Assembly (NCBI GenBank): GCA_963663765.2
Contig: CAXXUA010000013.1
Coordinates: forward strand, 288,001 to 352,000
Direction: 5' to 3'
Origin: Candidatus Poribacteria bacterium
Lineage (GTDB): Bacteria > Poribacteria > WGA-4E > WGA-3G
DNA: 64,000 nt
Shown: one piece after another, positions 40,070 through 50,307 of the stretch
Layout of the letters: each line of letters starts with the position of its first letter
Numbering within the stretch: the stretch's first letter is position 1
Notes under the pieces: generated by a model
Databases searched by the model: none
The model's input: the letters and a program-made list of their open reading frames with translations, nothing else
Told to the model about the DNA's origin: nothing
Translations under genes and position numbers: made by a program

Positions 40070-41107
40070 CTACTCGCGTGGTAGTGTAATCTTATCGGGG
40101 ACGACAATCTCACCAGCGATGATTTGTGCTTTCAACGATTCAACTCTCTCAATAATCTCATCGGACAGAACAGATCGGTTGTGTTCATCAACGACATAAC
40201 TCACGTCACCATCTGCCAATCCAAAGTCACGGAGACCGGGTGTAAATTCCCCTTCCACGGTTTCTTGTATGATGCGATGCACAGAAGTAGAAATCTCTTT
40301 CGTCATACTCGTCAGGACTAATCCTGGTGCAAGATGATTTCCATTAGAGTCAACCCAAATGATAAACTTATTCTGTTCTTGTGCTGCTTCAAGAACACCG
40401 TGTCCAGCACCCCCTGCAGCAGCGTAAATGACATCAACTCCATCTGCATATTGCGCTAAGGCTAACTCTTTCGCTTTTTCTGGTTGATTGAAACCTGTTG
40501 CATCAAGACTAATATAGTCAACCGAAACTTCTGCTTCAGGATTTATCTGTTGGATTCCAGCGATATATCCTGCTTCAAATTCGTGTAATTTTGGAACATC
40601 CGCACCACCAATATATCCAATTTTTCCTGTCTCTGTCTTCAATGCAGCGATTGCCCCAACAAGGAACGAACCTTCATTATCTTTATAGTTCACAGATGTC
40701 ACATTATGGTTATCAATGACAGAGTCAAAAATAGCAAATTTAACTTCAGAAAACTCTGGGGCTATTTGAGCAAGAACATTTCCCATCTGGTATCCAGCTG
40801 TCAAAACAAGGTCTGAATTTTGTGCTGCATCCCTAAAGATTATCTCTGTAGCTTCAAGATCGTTTTCCATACCGTTTACTTCTGTTAGGACTATACCAAG
40901 TTCCGCTTCCGCAGCCCTTACTCCTATATGGAACGCAATACAATAAGTCGAATCGACAACACAATCACTGGGATAAACCATAGTTACGCGAATCGGATCG
41001 TCTGTAGAATCCGTATGCGTCACCTTCTCAATCGTTTCACAACCACAAATTAATAGTATTCCTAATACTAAAAATGTAAGAATATTTGTCAAGGAAATTC
41101 TATTCAT
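40070..41107 (-). CDS. BMP family (nucleoside-binding) ABC substrate-binding lipoprotein
   Basis: Lipobox ICGC, NEGSFLVGAIAA, GYIGG, GVDVIYAAAGGAGHGV. Confidence 0.9.
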   Translation of the reverse strand: MNRISLTNILTFLVLGILLICGCETIEKVTHTDSTDDPIRVTMVYPSDCVVDSTYCIAFHIGVRAAEAELGIVLTEVNGMENDLEATEIIFRDAAQNSDLVLTAGYQMGNVLAQIAPEFSEVKFAIFDSVIDNHNVTSVNYKDNEGSFLVGAIAALKTETGKIGYIGGADVPKLHEFEAGYIAGIQQINPEAEVSVDYISLDATGFNQPEKAKELALAQYADGVDVIYAAAGGAGHGVLEAAQEQNKFIIWVDSNGNHLAPGLVLTSMTKEISTSVHRIIQETVEGEFTPGLRDFGLADGDVSYVVDEHNRSVLSDEIIERVESLKAQIIAGEIVVPDKITLPRE

Positions 41108-41650
41108 ATATACTCCTTATAGCTAAAGTTAACGACTTGTGCCAGTTAACTAAATGTTTATACTAAATTCACATATATTGGGTATGGTATATAACATTTC
41201 GTCCCTACGGGACTAAAGATCATCCAAAGCAAAAGAAGGACGGTTAAATCCTCTTGTCTATGTGAAGTAATTTTTAATAAATAGTTATTTAGCACAAGTC
41301 GCTACTTTCAGGCAATTGGTAATTTTTTCTGTACACGAATCTTGTCTATGACTGGGTTTTTCCGAAGAAAAAATTACCAATTTTACCAATTAGTAATTTA
41401 GCGTAAATTGAGCAATATCCTGATTTGTGCCAGTTAACTAAATGTTTATACTAAATTCACATATGTTGGGTATGATATATAAACATTTAGTCCCTACAGG
41501 ACTGAAGATCGTTTCAACCTATTAGGGACACCTGCAATTAGGGACACCTGCAAAACGTTATGCTTATGTGAAACAATGGTTTACATAAAGTCATTTAGTA
41601 CAACTCGTATATATTAGTACTTAGTCAAGTGTTTATTGATGGGTCTAAAT

Positions 41651-42240
41651 AGTAGTCGGGAATCGGAGTTCCCTCCTACAATACACACAATACACAAGAC
41701 TTCTGTAGGAGCAATCTACGAATCTCAACTGAACGCCTTGATAGTCGGGAATCGGAGTTCCCTCCTACAATACACAAGACTTCTGTAGGAGCAATCTACG
41801 AATCTCAACTGAACGCCTTGATAGTCGGGAATCGGAGTTCCCTCCTACAATACACAAGACTTCTGTAGGAGCAATCTACGAATCACAAATGAACGCCTTG
41901 ATAGTCGGGAATCGGAGTTCCCTCCTACAATACACAAGACTTCTGTAGGAGCAATCTACGAATCTCAACTGAACGCCTTGATAGTCGGGAATCGGAGTTC
42001 CCTCCTACAATACACAAGACTTCTGTAGGAGCAATCTACGAATCTCAACTGAACGCCTTGATAGTCGGGAATCGGAGTTCCCTCCTACAATACACACAAT
42101 ACACAAGACACAAGACTTCTGTAGGAGCAATCTACGAATCTCAACTGAACGCCTTGATAGTCGGGAATCGGAGTTCCCTCCTACAATACACACAATACAC
42201 AAGACTTCTGTAGGACCGATCTCCGAATCTCGACCTACAA
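41651..42240. repeat. Tandem array of ~7 x 80-bp REP-doublet (BIME/REPIN-like) units
   Basis: Unit ATAGTCGGGAATCGGAGTTCCCTCCTACAATACACAAGACTTCTGTAGGAGCAATCTACGAATCTCAACTGAACGCCTTG; GTAG-initiated palindromes in alternating orientation. Confidence 0.92.
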
Positions 42241-42382
42241 TAGTATGTTGACTCAACATTAGTTTTATAAGGCACACATATCGTCCCTAATGAAGTTTAA
42301 ATTATTAAACGGGTAATCTAATATTTACCTTAGGTGTGAATTTAATGAAATAACCTCATACACATTGTAGTGCGAAATCAAG

Positions 42383-42499
42383 AAATCAACGGTATGAATG
42401 CCTTTTGGCATTCCCCGGGTATGAATGCCATTTAGGCATTCCTCGGGTATGAATGCGCTTGGGTGAATACGCCAAATCAACGGTATGAATGCATTATGG
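42383..42499. repeat. Cluster of GGTATGAATGC hairpin repeats
   Basis: Four GGTATGAATGC units; reverse complement of the insert inside MITE A copies 2 and 3. Confidence 0.8.
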
Positions 42500-42762
42500 T
42501 ATTTCCTGGGTCTCTGTGCCCCGCCATATCTGATGAGCAAAAACAAAGGCGAGGCACAGAGATCCCACCCTACAATAGGTGAAGGACATGTTGCATAAAT
42601 AGACTCCTATTATGGATAAGTAGAATTACTGAATTTATTTTATAATCTTTATACGTGATTAAAGAAGAAATCAACTCATGAAAAAACTAATAAAACGTCT
42701 ACAATTGTAAAATAGTGTATTACAATTAGTTATTTAGCACAAGTCGTAAAGTTAATTATTTT

Positions 42763-43044
42763 TTAATTCTTTGAAAAACCTTCACAGAAATGATACCATT
42801 TTAGTTGCAGTATCAACTTTTTTCTATTAACCTTACCTACAAGAAGTCGTTTACTATCCATTTCTAGTACAGGGATAAGATATTTATACTGAGTAAACAG
42901 TCTCAAATTTTCAGTTATGTCAATATCTTCAATCACAATAAAAGGCAGTTTCTTTTTGATTTCTTGTAACACAGATTTTGCTTCGTCACATAGTTGACAA
43001 TCAGGTTTCGTATAGAAATGCAATTTGATTGGTGCTTTGTTCAT
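42763..43044 (-). CDS. Glutaredoxin-like protein (DUF836)
   Basis: FYTKPDCQLCDEAK, DIT..YKYLIPVL. Confidence 0.88.
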   Translation of the reverse strand: MNKAPIKLHFYTKPDCQLCDEAKSVLQEIKKKLPFIVIEDIDITENLRLFTQYKYLIPVLEMDSKRLLVGKVNRKKLILQLKWYHFCEGFSKN

Positions 43045-43080
43045 TTATATTATACGAAAAACAGAATCAGATACTATGGA

Positions 43081-44520
43081 TTACGTTAATATATCGCGGA
43101 CAACATGTCCATGAACATCTGTGAGTCGGAAATCTCGTCCTTGGAATCGGTATGTCAGTTTTTCATGGTCAATACCTAATACATGGAGCATTGTTGCATG
43201 GAAGTCATGCACATGCACGATGTTTTCGACAGCATTGTATCCAAGTTCATCTGTATTCCCATAACTGATTCCACCTTTGATGCCGCCGCCAGCCATCCAC
43301 ATAGAGAAACCCTTTATGTGATGATCACGACCACTGCCTTGTGCCATTGGGGTACGACCGAATTCTCCACCCCAGATAACTAAGGTTTCATCTAACATCC
43401 CACGTTGTTTCAAGTCGTTCACAAGTGCTGCCGTTGCCTTATCAACATAACCTGAAGTAGTCTTGATAGCGTTCTCAATGCCACCGTGATGGTCCCAACC
43501 GCGATGGTAGAGTTGAATAAATCTGACACCGCGTTCAGCCAACCGTCTTGCCAGTAGACAGTTAGATGCATAGGAACCATCACCCGGTTTGGCACCGTAC
43601 ATATCAAGAATGTTTTGCGGTTCTTTGGAAATATCGGTCAATTCAGGGACACTGGTTTGCATTCGGAATGCCATCTCATATTGATTGATGCGTGTAGAGA
43701 TTGTAGGGTCGTCTACAGTTTCATCTAAGATGCCATTTAAGGACTGTACCGCTCCAACCACGTCCTGTTGCTGTTCCTGACTAACACCGTCAGGACTTGA
43801 GACATAATGTACAGGATCACCTTTAGAATGGAATTGGACACCCTGAAATTGTCCCGGTAGAAATCCGCTATGCCATTGGCGTGTAGCGATCGGTTGGTCC
43901 TGTCCACCTCCAGAGGATATAAGGACGACATAACCGGGCAGGTTCTCGTTTTCGCTACCGAGTCCATATAACAGCCATGACCCCATACTCGGTCTACCCG
44001 AAATAGCAGTACCTGTATTCATAAACGTATGTGCGGGGTCGTGATTTATCTGTTCAGTTTTCAAAGATCGTACAATGCAGATGTCATCAGCGAGACTACC
44101 TATATTTGGAAACGTAGAACTCATTTCCTGTCCTGATTCACCATATTTTTCAAATGGATGTGTTGGACCAAGACATTTGAGTGCGTTTGCTTGCCCCTGC
44201 AGCTGCGCTATCGGCTGTCCTTTCGTGTATGACTGTGGCATCGGTTTGCCGTGCATTTCTGCAAGTTTCGGTTTGTAGTCCAATGTCTCTAAATGTGAGG
44301 GACCACCTGCCATACAGAGATGTATCACACGTTTTGCCTTCGGTAACACGTGTGGTTCGGTGATTATACCAGACCATCTTTCTATCTTCGGTGCAGCATT
44401 CAGCAACGACGGTGTGAGTAATGATGCAAGTGCAAGTGATCCAATACCTTGCGCTGATTTTCCTAAGAATGTTCGCCTTGTCAAGCGAAGTTTGGTTTCT
44501 TCATTTATATCTTTAGACAT
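43081..44520 (-). CDS. DUF1501 domain protein (Tat signal)
   Basis: TRRTFLG, MAGGPSHLETLDYKP, ARRLAERGVRF, GWDHH, WGGEFGRTP, RLTDVHG. Confidence 0.93.
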   Translation of the reverse strand: MSKDINEETKLRLTRRTFLGKSAQGIGSLALASLLTPSLLNAAPKIERWSGIITEPHVLPKAKRVIHLCMAGGPSHLETLDYKPKLAEMHGKPMPQSYTKGQPIAQLQGQANALKCLGPTHPFEKYGESGQEMSSTFPNIGSLADDICIVRSLKTEQINHDPAHTFMNTGTAISGRPSMGSWLLYGLGSENENLPGYVVLISSGGGQDQPIATRQWHSGFLPGQFQGVQFHSKGDPVHYVSSPDGVSQEQQQDVVGAVQSLNGILDETVDDPTISTRINQYEMAFRMQTSVPELTDISKEPQNILDMYGAKPGDGSYASNCLLARRLAERGVRFIQLYHRGWDHHGGIENAIKTTSGYVDKATAALVNDLKQRGMLDETLVIWGGEFGRTPMAQGSGRDHHIKGFSMWMAGGGIKGGISYGNTDELGYNAVENIVHVHDFHATMLHVLGIDHEKLTYRFQGRDFRLTDVHGHVVRDILT

Positions 44521-44595
44521 TCTTGATCCCGCCTTTTTTCTTAAAATTACAGAATTGTAGTGTATTTTGAACTATGTTCCTAACTTGTAAATCCC

Positions 44596-44958
44596 TTAAT
44601 AACAAAGAGTACTGCATAGTAAATTGGCCATTGAATAATAAAATATATTAACCACACAAATCCTAAAAATACTGTAGCAAAACCAAAAAAAAACCTTTTT
44701 TGGATTCTTAAAATATTTCTGTTCATCATCATCATCATCTTTGTCAACAAGTTTTCCCTTTATAGCAAGTAATGCGAAAATACTACCTATTACGACAGCA
44801 CCAACGATTGAGATAATAACAGCAATTCTGAATAACCCTTTTTTCCAATTTATCGTGTTACTTTCTGCAGCAGAATCATCAAAAAATTCAAAATAGACTC
44901 CACTTCCAATTCCGAATAGGATACATAAAATCATTATAATCAGTATCAGAGATTTCAT
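44596..44958 (-). CDS. Hypothetical membrane protein
   Basis: Hydrophobic AT-rich ORF between the DUF1553 and DUF1501 genes. Confidence 0.5.
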   Translation of the reverse strand: MKSLILIIMILCILFGIGSGVYFEFFDDSAAESNTINWKKGLFRIAVIISIVGAVVIGSIFALLAIKGKLVDKDDDDDEQKYFKNPKKVFFWFCYSIFRICVVNIFYYSMANLLCSTLCY

Positions 44959-44973
44959 TTTATGAATACCTTT

Positions 44974-47900
44974 TTAATATCTTGTAATAGTTTCATGCAA
45001 GTTCAGTATCACACGTGCAATGGAAATCCATGCTGCGTGTTCTGTTGGTTCAATTCCGTTTGAAACATGGGCTTGACCGACAGACACCAAACGTTTTGCT
45101 GCTTCCGGATTGTTGGTGTATTCAGTCTTATGCTTTTGAAACAGATCAGACATAACTTGTAACTCTTTTTCTTGTGGCAATCGTGATAAAGCTTGACGGT
45201 AAGCCCAACTGATACGATCTTCAGCAGTTTTTCCACCTTCCTTAACAATACGTGAAGCAAAGACACGTGCGGCTTCAACATAAGTTGGGTCGTTGAGCAG
45301 TGTTAGTGCTTGCATCGGTGTGTTAGAAGTTGACCTTTCTGCGGTACATTCCTGCCGACTTGGTGCATCAAACGCCATCATACTTGGATGCAAAAAGGTA
45401 CGTTGCCAGTGCGTGTACAGCCCACGTCGATATTGACTTTCACCAGTGTCGTGCACATATTTGCGTTTAGGAAAATTCAAGTTTGAATAGTATCCAACAG
45501 GCTGATACGGTCTCACACTCGGTCCTCCGATATTCTGAACGAGAAGACTACTCAATAGCAAAGCGTTATCACGCACAATTTCTGCATCTAATCTCCAACG
45601 AGATTGTCGCGCTATTTGTCTATTGTATGGGTCTTTTTCATGTAATACTTCATTCGGTTTTGACGATTGCCGGTATGCGTTGGAGGATACAATTAGTTTG
45701 ACCATGTGTTTGACATTCCAACCACTATCCATAAACTCTACAGCAAGCCAATCAAGTAATTCACTATGTACAGGAGGTTCACCTTGTGCACCTAAATCAT
45801 CTAAGACACGTGAAATACCGGTACCAAAATACAGTGCCCACAAGCGATTTACAAGAGTTCGCGCTGTCAGTGGGTTATTCCTTGATACTACCCATCTTGC
45901 TAAGTCTAATCGGGTCGGTCGCCGGTCATTGACCCCAAGATTACCAAGAAACTCTGGAATCATCGGATCAACGATTTCCCCTGAATCGTCCAACCAGTTA
46001 CCTCTTGGTAGTATTCGGGTAGTACGAGGTGATACGGATACTGACGTGAGCGAATACGGACTTTTTGATATTATTTCATTTTTACGTTTTTCCAGTTCCG
46101 AAATTTGATGACGGATTCCATCAAGCGCAGGTGCGATCTGTCGATAATAATCGGTTATCTGTTTACGATGATTTGTCGTTCTTATTGCCGGATCAACTTG
46201 AATTGCATTGATGACAGAAGCGTTATGTGAGTTCTTTGTTACCATACCGAGTGTCGTTTCCACACCTGCGACATCCCAATATGCTTTTCCACCAAATTGT
46301 GTAAATGCCATACCGTTTAGCACACTACCCGTTTTCAATCCTACCAGTGTAGGATCTACTTCAAGTCGGACCCATTCCCCTAATATTGGCAGCTCACCCA
46401 TCGGTTTGTGTGCAGGAGTATCATTACCAATCTCACCATAAGTGATTTTATCTTCACCCCAGAATGCACGGTGCTCCCAACTACCATCGTTCCACTGCAG
46501 CATAATTGTCTGTGGTGGATTATCTGGATCTAACCACACATAAGCAAAGAGTTTATCACCATCAGCCAAAGTAATTTTTCTATTTGCACCGTGGAATGTA
46601 TGCTGTATAAGTTGATTTGGGGCAGCAGTCTGAACACGTGAACGTTCATTGCTAAAAACAGGTCCCTCATTTTTGCCAATAAATCTCCATGTACCTTCCG
46701 TTTTACCTCCGTTGGATTGTGCATCGTCAACCCATGCAAATTCAGCAGGTTCTGTTGAATTGATGAGGGAACGTATCTCCTCTTCCCACTTCTTCTGTTC
46801 TGCTTGCAAACCGGGGGATGACAATTCAAACACTCTGCGTAATTTCTCTAACTCATCCTCAATTTCTCTCATCTCAGTCTGATGTTCGGATGATGGCAAC
46901 ATAACCACAGGATCCCATTTGCTTCCGCCTCTGTATACCCCGGGTCCTTGTAAATCGGCGAAGAATGCAGCGAAACTATAAAAGTCCTTAGCAGTATATG
47001 GATCAAATTTATGATCGTGACATTGTGCACAACCCAGTGTAGCACCTAACCACACGGAGGCTGTAGTACGTACGCGATCCGCTGCGTAAATTGACAGATA
47101 TTCTTTCGCTTGTGCACCACCTTCAGCAGTCGTCTGATTAAGTCGGTTATATCCTGATGCCACTTTTTGCTCTAACGATGCGTTGGGGAGTAGATCACCT
47201 GCAAGGTTTTCCAACGTAAACTGATCATAAGGCATGTTGTCATTAAACGCTTTAATCACATAGTCCCTATAGGGATAAACACTCACATTCTCATCTGAAT
47301 GGTAACCGCTTGTATCAGCATATCGCACCAAATCCAGCCAATAAATTGCAAGTCTTTCACCAAACTGTGGTTTTGACAGGAGACGATTGAGCAGTTCATC
47401 ATAAGCATCAGGACGTTTGTCACTGACAAAATAGTCCACTTCAGCGGGAGTTGGAAGTAAACCCGTCAAATCAAAGTGTAGTCGTCGAATCAGTGTGCGT
47501 TTATCGGCTACAGATGATGGCTCAAGTCCTTCCTTCTCTAACCTTGCAAGGATGAACTGATCTATTGGATTATGAATCCATTCCTTTTTTTTCACTTCCG
47601 GCGGAGCAACGCGTTTCGGTTGCTTGTATGCCCAATGTTCCTCCCATTCAGCACCTTCAGCAATCCATTGAGTCAATAGGTCAATTTCTGCTTGCGTAGG
47701 TTGGCGATGTGAGGTTTGCGGTGGCATACGTCTATCAATGTCTTCGTGTGTGATGCGTAGCACTAATTCACTGTTTTCAGGTTCCCTGGGAACAATTATC
47801 GGAAATCCACTCGGATCTGAGAACGCACTCTCTTTGATATCAAACCGAAGTTCTGCTTGACGCGTTGCAGGATCCGGTCCGTGACACGCATAGCATTTGT

Positions 47901-48060
47901 CAGACAGAATTGGACGAATGTCGCGGTCAAATTGGATCTTCTCTGCATCTGCTTTATGTGCCAGGGTAGACAACAACACAATTGAAAATAACAGACACAG
48001 AATTGCGTTATGAAAGGGTAACAACAATGATAACTTTCTTTTTATGTTTATCCTAAACAT
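44974..48060 (-). CDS. Planctomycete cytochrome c + DUF1549/DUF1553 (PSCyt) protein
   Basis: IRPILSDKCYACHGPD, NPIDQFI, WLDLVRYADT, CAQCHDHKFDP, NPLTARTLVNRLW, NTPMQALTLLN. Confidence 0.93.
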   Translation of the reverse strand: MFRINIKRKLSLLLPFHNAILCLLFSIVLLSTLAHKADAEKIQFDRDIRPILSDKCYACHGPDPATRQAELRFDIKESAFSDPSGFPIIVPREPENSELVLRITHEDIDRRMPPQTSHRQPTQAEIDLLTQWIAEGAEWEEHWAYKQPKRVAPPEVKKKEWIHNPIDQFILARLEKEGLEPSSVADKRTLIRRLHFDLTGLLPTPAEVDYFVSDKRPDAYDELLNRLLSKPQFGERLAIYWLDLVRYADTSGYHSDENVSVYPYRDYVIKAFNDNMPYDQFTLENLAGDLLPNASLEQKVASGYNRLNQTTAEGGAQAKEYLSIYAADRVRTTASVWLGATLGCAQCHDHKFDPYTAKDFYSFAAFFADLQGPGVYRGGSKWDPVVMLPSSEHQTEMREIEDELEKLRRVFELSSPGLQAEQKKWEEEIRSLINSTEPAEFAWVDDAQSNGGKTEGTWRFIGKNEGPVFSNERSRVQTAAPNQLIQHTFHGANRKITLADGDKLFAYVWLDPDNPPQTIMLQWNDGSWEHRAFWGEDKITYGEIGNDTPAHKPMGELPILGEWVRLEVDPTLVGLKTGSVLNGMAFTQFGGKAYWDVAGVETTLGMVTKNSHNASVINAIQVDPAIRTTNHRKQITDYYRQIAPALDGIRHQISELEKRKNEIISKSPYSLTSVSVSPRTTRILPRGNWLDDSGEIVDPMIPEFLGNLGVNDRRPTRLDLARWVVSRNNPLTARTLVNRLWALYFGTGISRVLDDLGAQGEPPVHSELLDWLAVEFMDSGWNVKHMVKLIVSSNAYRQSSKPNEVLHEKDPYNRQIARQSRWRLDAEIVRDNALLLSSLLVQNIGGPSVRPYQPVGYYSNLNFPKRKYVHDTGESQYRRGLYTHWQRTFLHPSMMAFDAPSRQECTAERSTSNTPMQALTLLNDPTYVEAARVFASRIVKEGGKTAEDRISWAYRQALSRLPQEKELQVMSDLFQKHKTEYTNNPEAAKRLVSVGQAHVSNGIEPTEHAAWISIARVILNLHETITRY

Positions 48061-48669
48061 TGTGGAATATCTCCTCCCCACTTGAAATGCATTATTGTGT
48101 GAAATTTCTACAAGGTATTGTATGTCAAGTAATTTAGCATAATAATTAAAAATGTGCAAACCAAAACTTGAAAAATCCAAAGTAATCAGAGACGTTATAT
48201 TGTTGAAATGTACTCTTATTGTAGGAGTTTTTCATCCCCGACTTTCTCTATTTCTATAGGTGGGAAATTATTTTAGTTGTTTTTTTGGGGTTTTTACCTT
48301 TTTTTCAAAAGTATTCTCGATCCTTTCGTGGTATGGGTTTATGTCGATTTTCAATTTTTACGAAATTTTGAAAAAAACAACTAAATGGCTTTTTAGTTGA
48401 TTTTTTGTGTTATTGATTTGTACATATCAGAGATTATAACGTTTTCTAATTGTGCTACAAAATGTCCAATTAATTATATGTTTTTTATAAAACCCAATGG
48501 AGATCTATTGGAAATTCCAATAAACAGACACCCAAAAAACTACAAAACCCACAAAAAATCATATATAATATATACAAAAGAAAAGCACACTACAAATACA
48601 CTATGCAAAATCAACTCCCAAACACGAAAAAACACAAATTAAAAATCCGTACCAAAATCTGAAAATTAA

Positions 48670-48790
48670 CAGGACTTACGCAGTTTTCATGATTTGATGA
48701 AGAATTATGACAAAAATGGTGTAATTTTCAGCATTTTTTCGGTTTCCAGCGCGCTTACAAAGCACGCCTACCGTTTTTGCGTAAGTCCTG
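48670..48790. mobile_element. MITE family A copy 5 (inverted orientation)
   Basis: TIRs CAGGACTTACGCA/TGCGTAAGTCCTG, TSD ATTAA. Confidence 0.9.
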
Positions 48791-49036
48791 ATTAATTTAG
48801 ACAAAAAGTGTATCGAAACCCCGAGAAAGCCTTATATATACTGGACGCATTACATGTTTCCAAAACCGTACCACAAACCGAATAAACCGTACCGTACGGT
48901 ACGGTTTAATAGAAGCAAATTCTTATGAAATCTTAAGAAATACACATTGAATTTGCATTGATTCCTCACATAAAAAAGAGTAATACAACAGACAACCTCA
49001 CCAGATAAGGGTGTGCTCAGTTTTTTGCATGGCGTT

Positions 49037-49192
49037 ATACCAATTCAGATAAATCTTGTCTCATTAAGGAATTCTACTGTTTACTGGCAGAGGGTTACTC
49101 TCTTCGGTAGGAGCGACCTCCCGGTCACGACCGGGAGGTCGCTCCTACTAGATTTCCGCTGCTAATGAGACATTATCACATGAAAATGGTAT
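49037..49192. repeat. Small element with ATACC(A/T)..TTC ends enclosing a perfect REP hairpin
   Basis: ATACCAATTC / GAAAATGGTAT; inner TGTCTCATTA/TAATGAGACA; 20-bp perfect IR GTAGGAGCGACCTCCCGGTC-AC-GACCGGGAGGTCGCTCCTAC (49107-49148). Confidence 0.75.
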
Positions 49193-49424
49193 TATTTGAA
49201 TTGTTGGGTTAATCAGAATCACGGAATACGCAGATGACACGGATTACACAGAAAAACCACCTGAGGTAGTATTGCTTAGTTAGAGCTGAACTCATGTCAT
49301 GCCTGCTAATGCAGCTGTCTTATACGCGAAATCCGTGAAATCCGCAATTCTGGTCTCGAAAAACTTTACACACCAATATAAAAATGCTATAATGCGTAAG
49401 ATAAAAATTCCATAGGAGATAAAT

Positions 49425-50237
49425 ATGCTTACCCAAACCCAAGTTGACACGTTTCGTGAGAAGGGTTTTCTTCTCGGCAACCGTGTTCTAACGGATGAAC
49501 AGGTAGAAGAATTAAGGACTGAATTAGCACGCGTCATTGATGATTACGAGAAAACCGATGTACAGCAACCCGTCCGAATAGCAAACCTCGGTGGACGAGA
49601 AGAAAGTCCTGTCTGGCAAATCGTAAATATTTGGGAGGCAAGTTCCGCCTACCACAGACTTATTTACAATCCCATCATCGTTGAAGAAATTGGACAACTC
49701 ACAGCAGCAACCGAGGTGCGTGTGTGGCACGACCAAATACAATACAAACCTCCCAAGATTGGCGGCATCAATAAGTGGCATCAAGATTCACCATTGTGGG
49801 GAATTCTTATGCCGAAAACAAGTCAAGTTACCGCTTGGGTTGCATTAGACGATGTTGACGAAAGCAATGGTTGTATGCGGATGGTACCCGGCTCCTATCA
49901 TTGGGGACCTCAGATGAAATTTTTAGGTTCAGTGAGAGACATCCATACGATGCATGATCACTTTGAAGAAAACAAACTCTCCGTAGAACTTTGTCCAGTG
50001 CCAAAAGGGCATGTGCATTTTCATCATTCTTTGACATGGCACGGTTCACACGACAATTCCAGTGACGCCGCTCGACGTGCTATCGCAGTGCACTATATGA
50101 CCGATGAAACCGTCTATTTTGAAAGTGGAAATCATCTCATGAAACAATTTGTTAATGTCAATGATGGAGAAAAATTAACAGGGGAACATTTCCCAATTGT
50201 CATGGATTCTGGAGTACCGACAAACCCAACTGCTTAG
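49425..50237 (+). CDS. Phytanoyl-CoA dioxygenase (PhyH) family protein
   Basis: WHQD, WVALDDVDESNGCMRMVPGS, HHSLTWHGS..N.S..RRA. Confidence 0.92.
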   Translation: MLTQTQVDTFREKGFLLGNRVLTDEQVEELRTELARVIDDYEKTDVQQPVRIANLGGREESPVWQIVNIWEASSAYHRLIYNPIIVEEIGQLTAATEVRVWHDQIQYKPPKIGGINKWHQDSPLWGILMPKTSQVTAWVALDDVDESNGCMRMVPGSYHWGPQMKFLGSVRDIHTMHDHFEENKLSVELCPVPKGHVHFHHSLTWHGSHDNSSDAARRAIAVHYMTDETVYFESGNHLMKQFVNVNDGEKLTGEHFPIVMDSGVPTNPTA

Positions 50238-50307
50238 TCCATAAGCATCAATATGCTGGAATATATAGTTACTAATCCTGCGAGAACATAAGCATTAGGA
50301 GACAAAT

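Larger units (their letters stand above)
41132..42747. mobile_element. 1.6-kb composite non-coding element bounded by MITE D ends
   Basis: ACGACTTGTGC ... GCACAAGTCGT with 7-bp TSD AAAGTTA; internal D ends at ~41291-41301 and ~41424-41607; repeat cargo. Confidence 0.85.

Noticed and set aside
41651-42240. CRISPR array
   Set aside because: The intervening sequences are identical rather than unique spacers, the unit is a REP doublet, and there are no cas genes in the window.
48190-49400. Replication origin
   Set aside because: AT-rich, but I found no cluster of TTATCCACA-type DnaA boxes and no dnaA adjacent.
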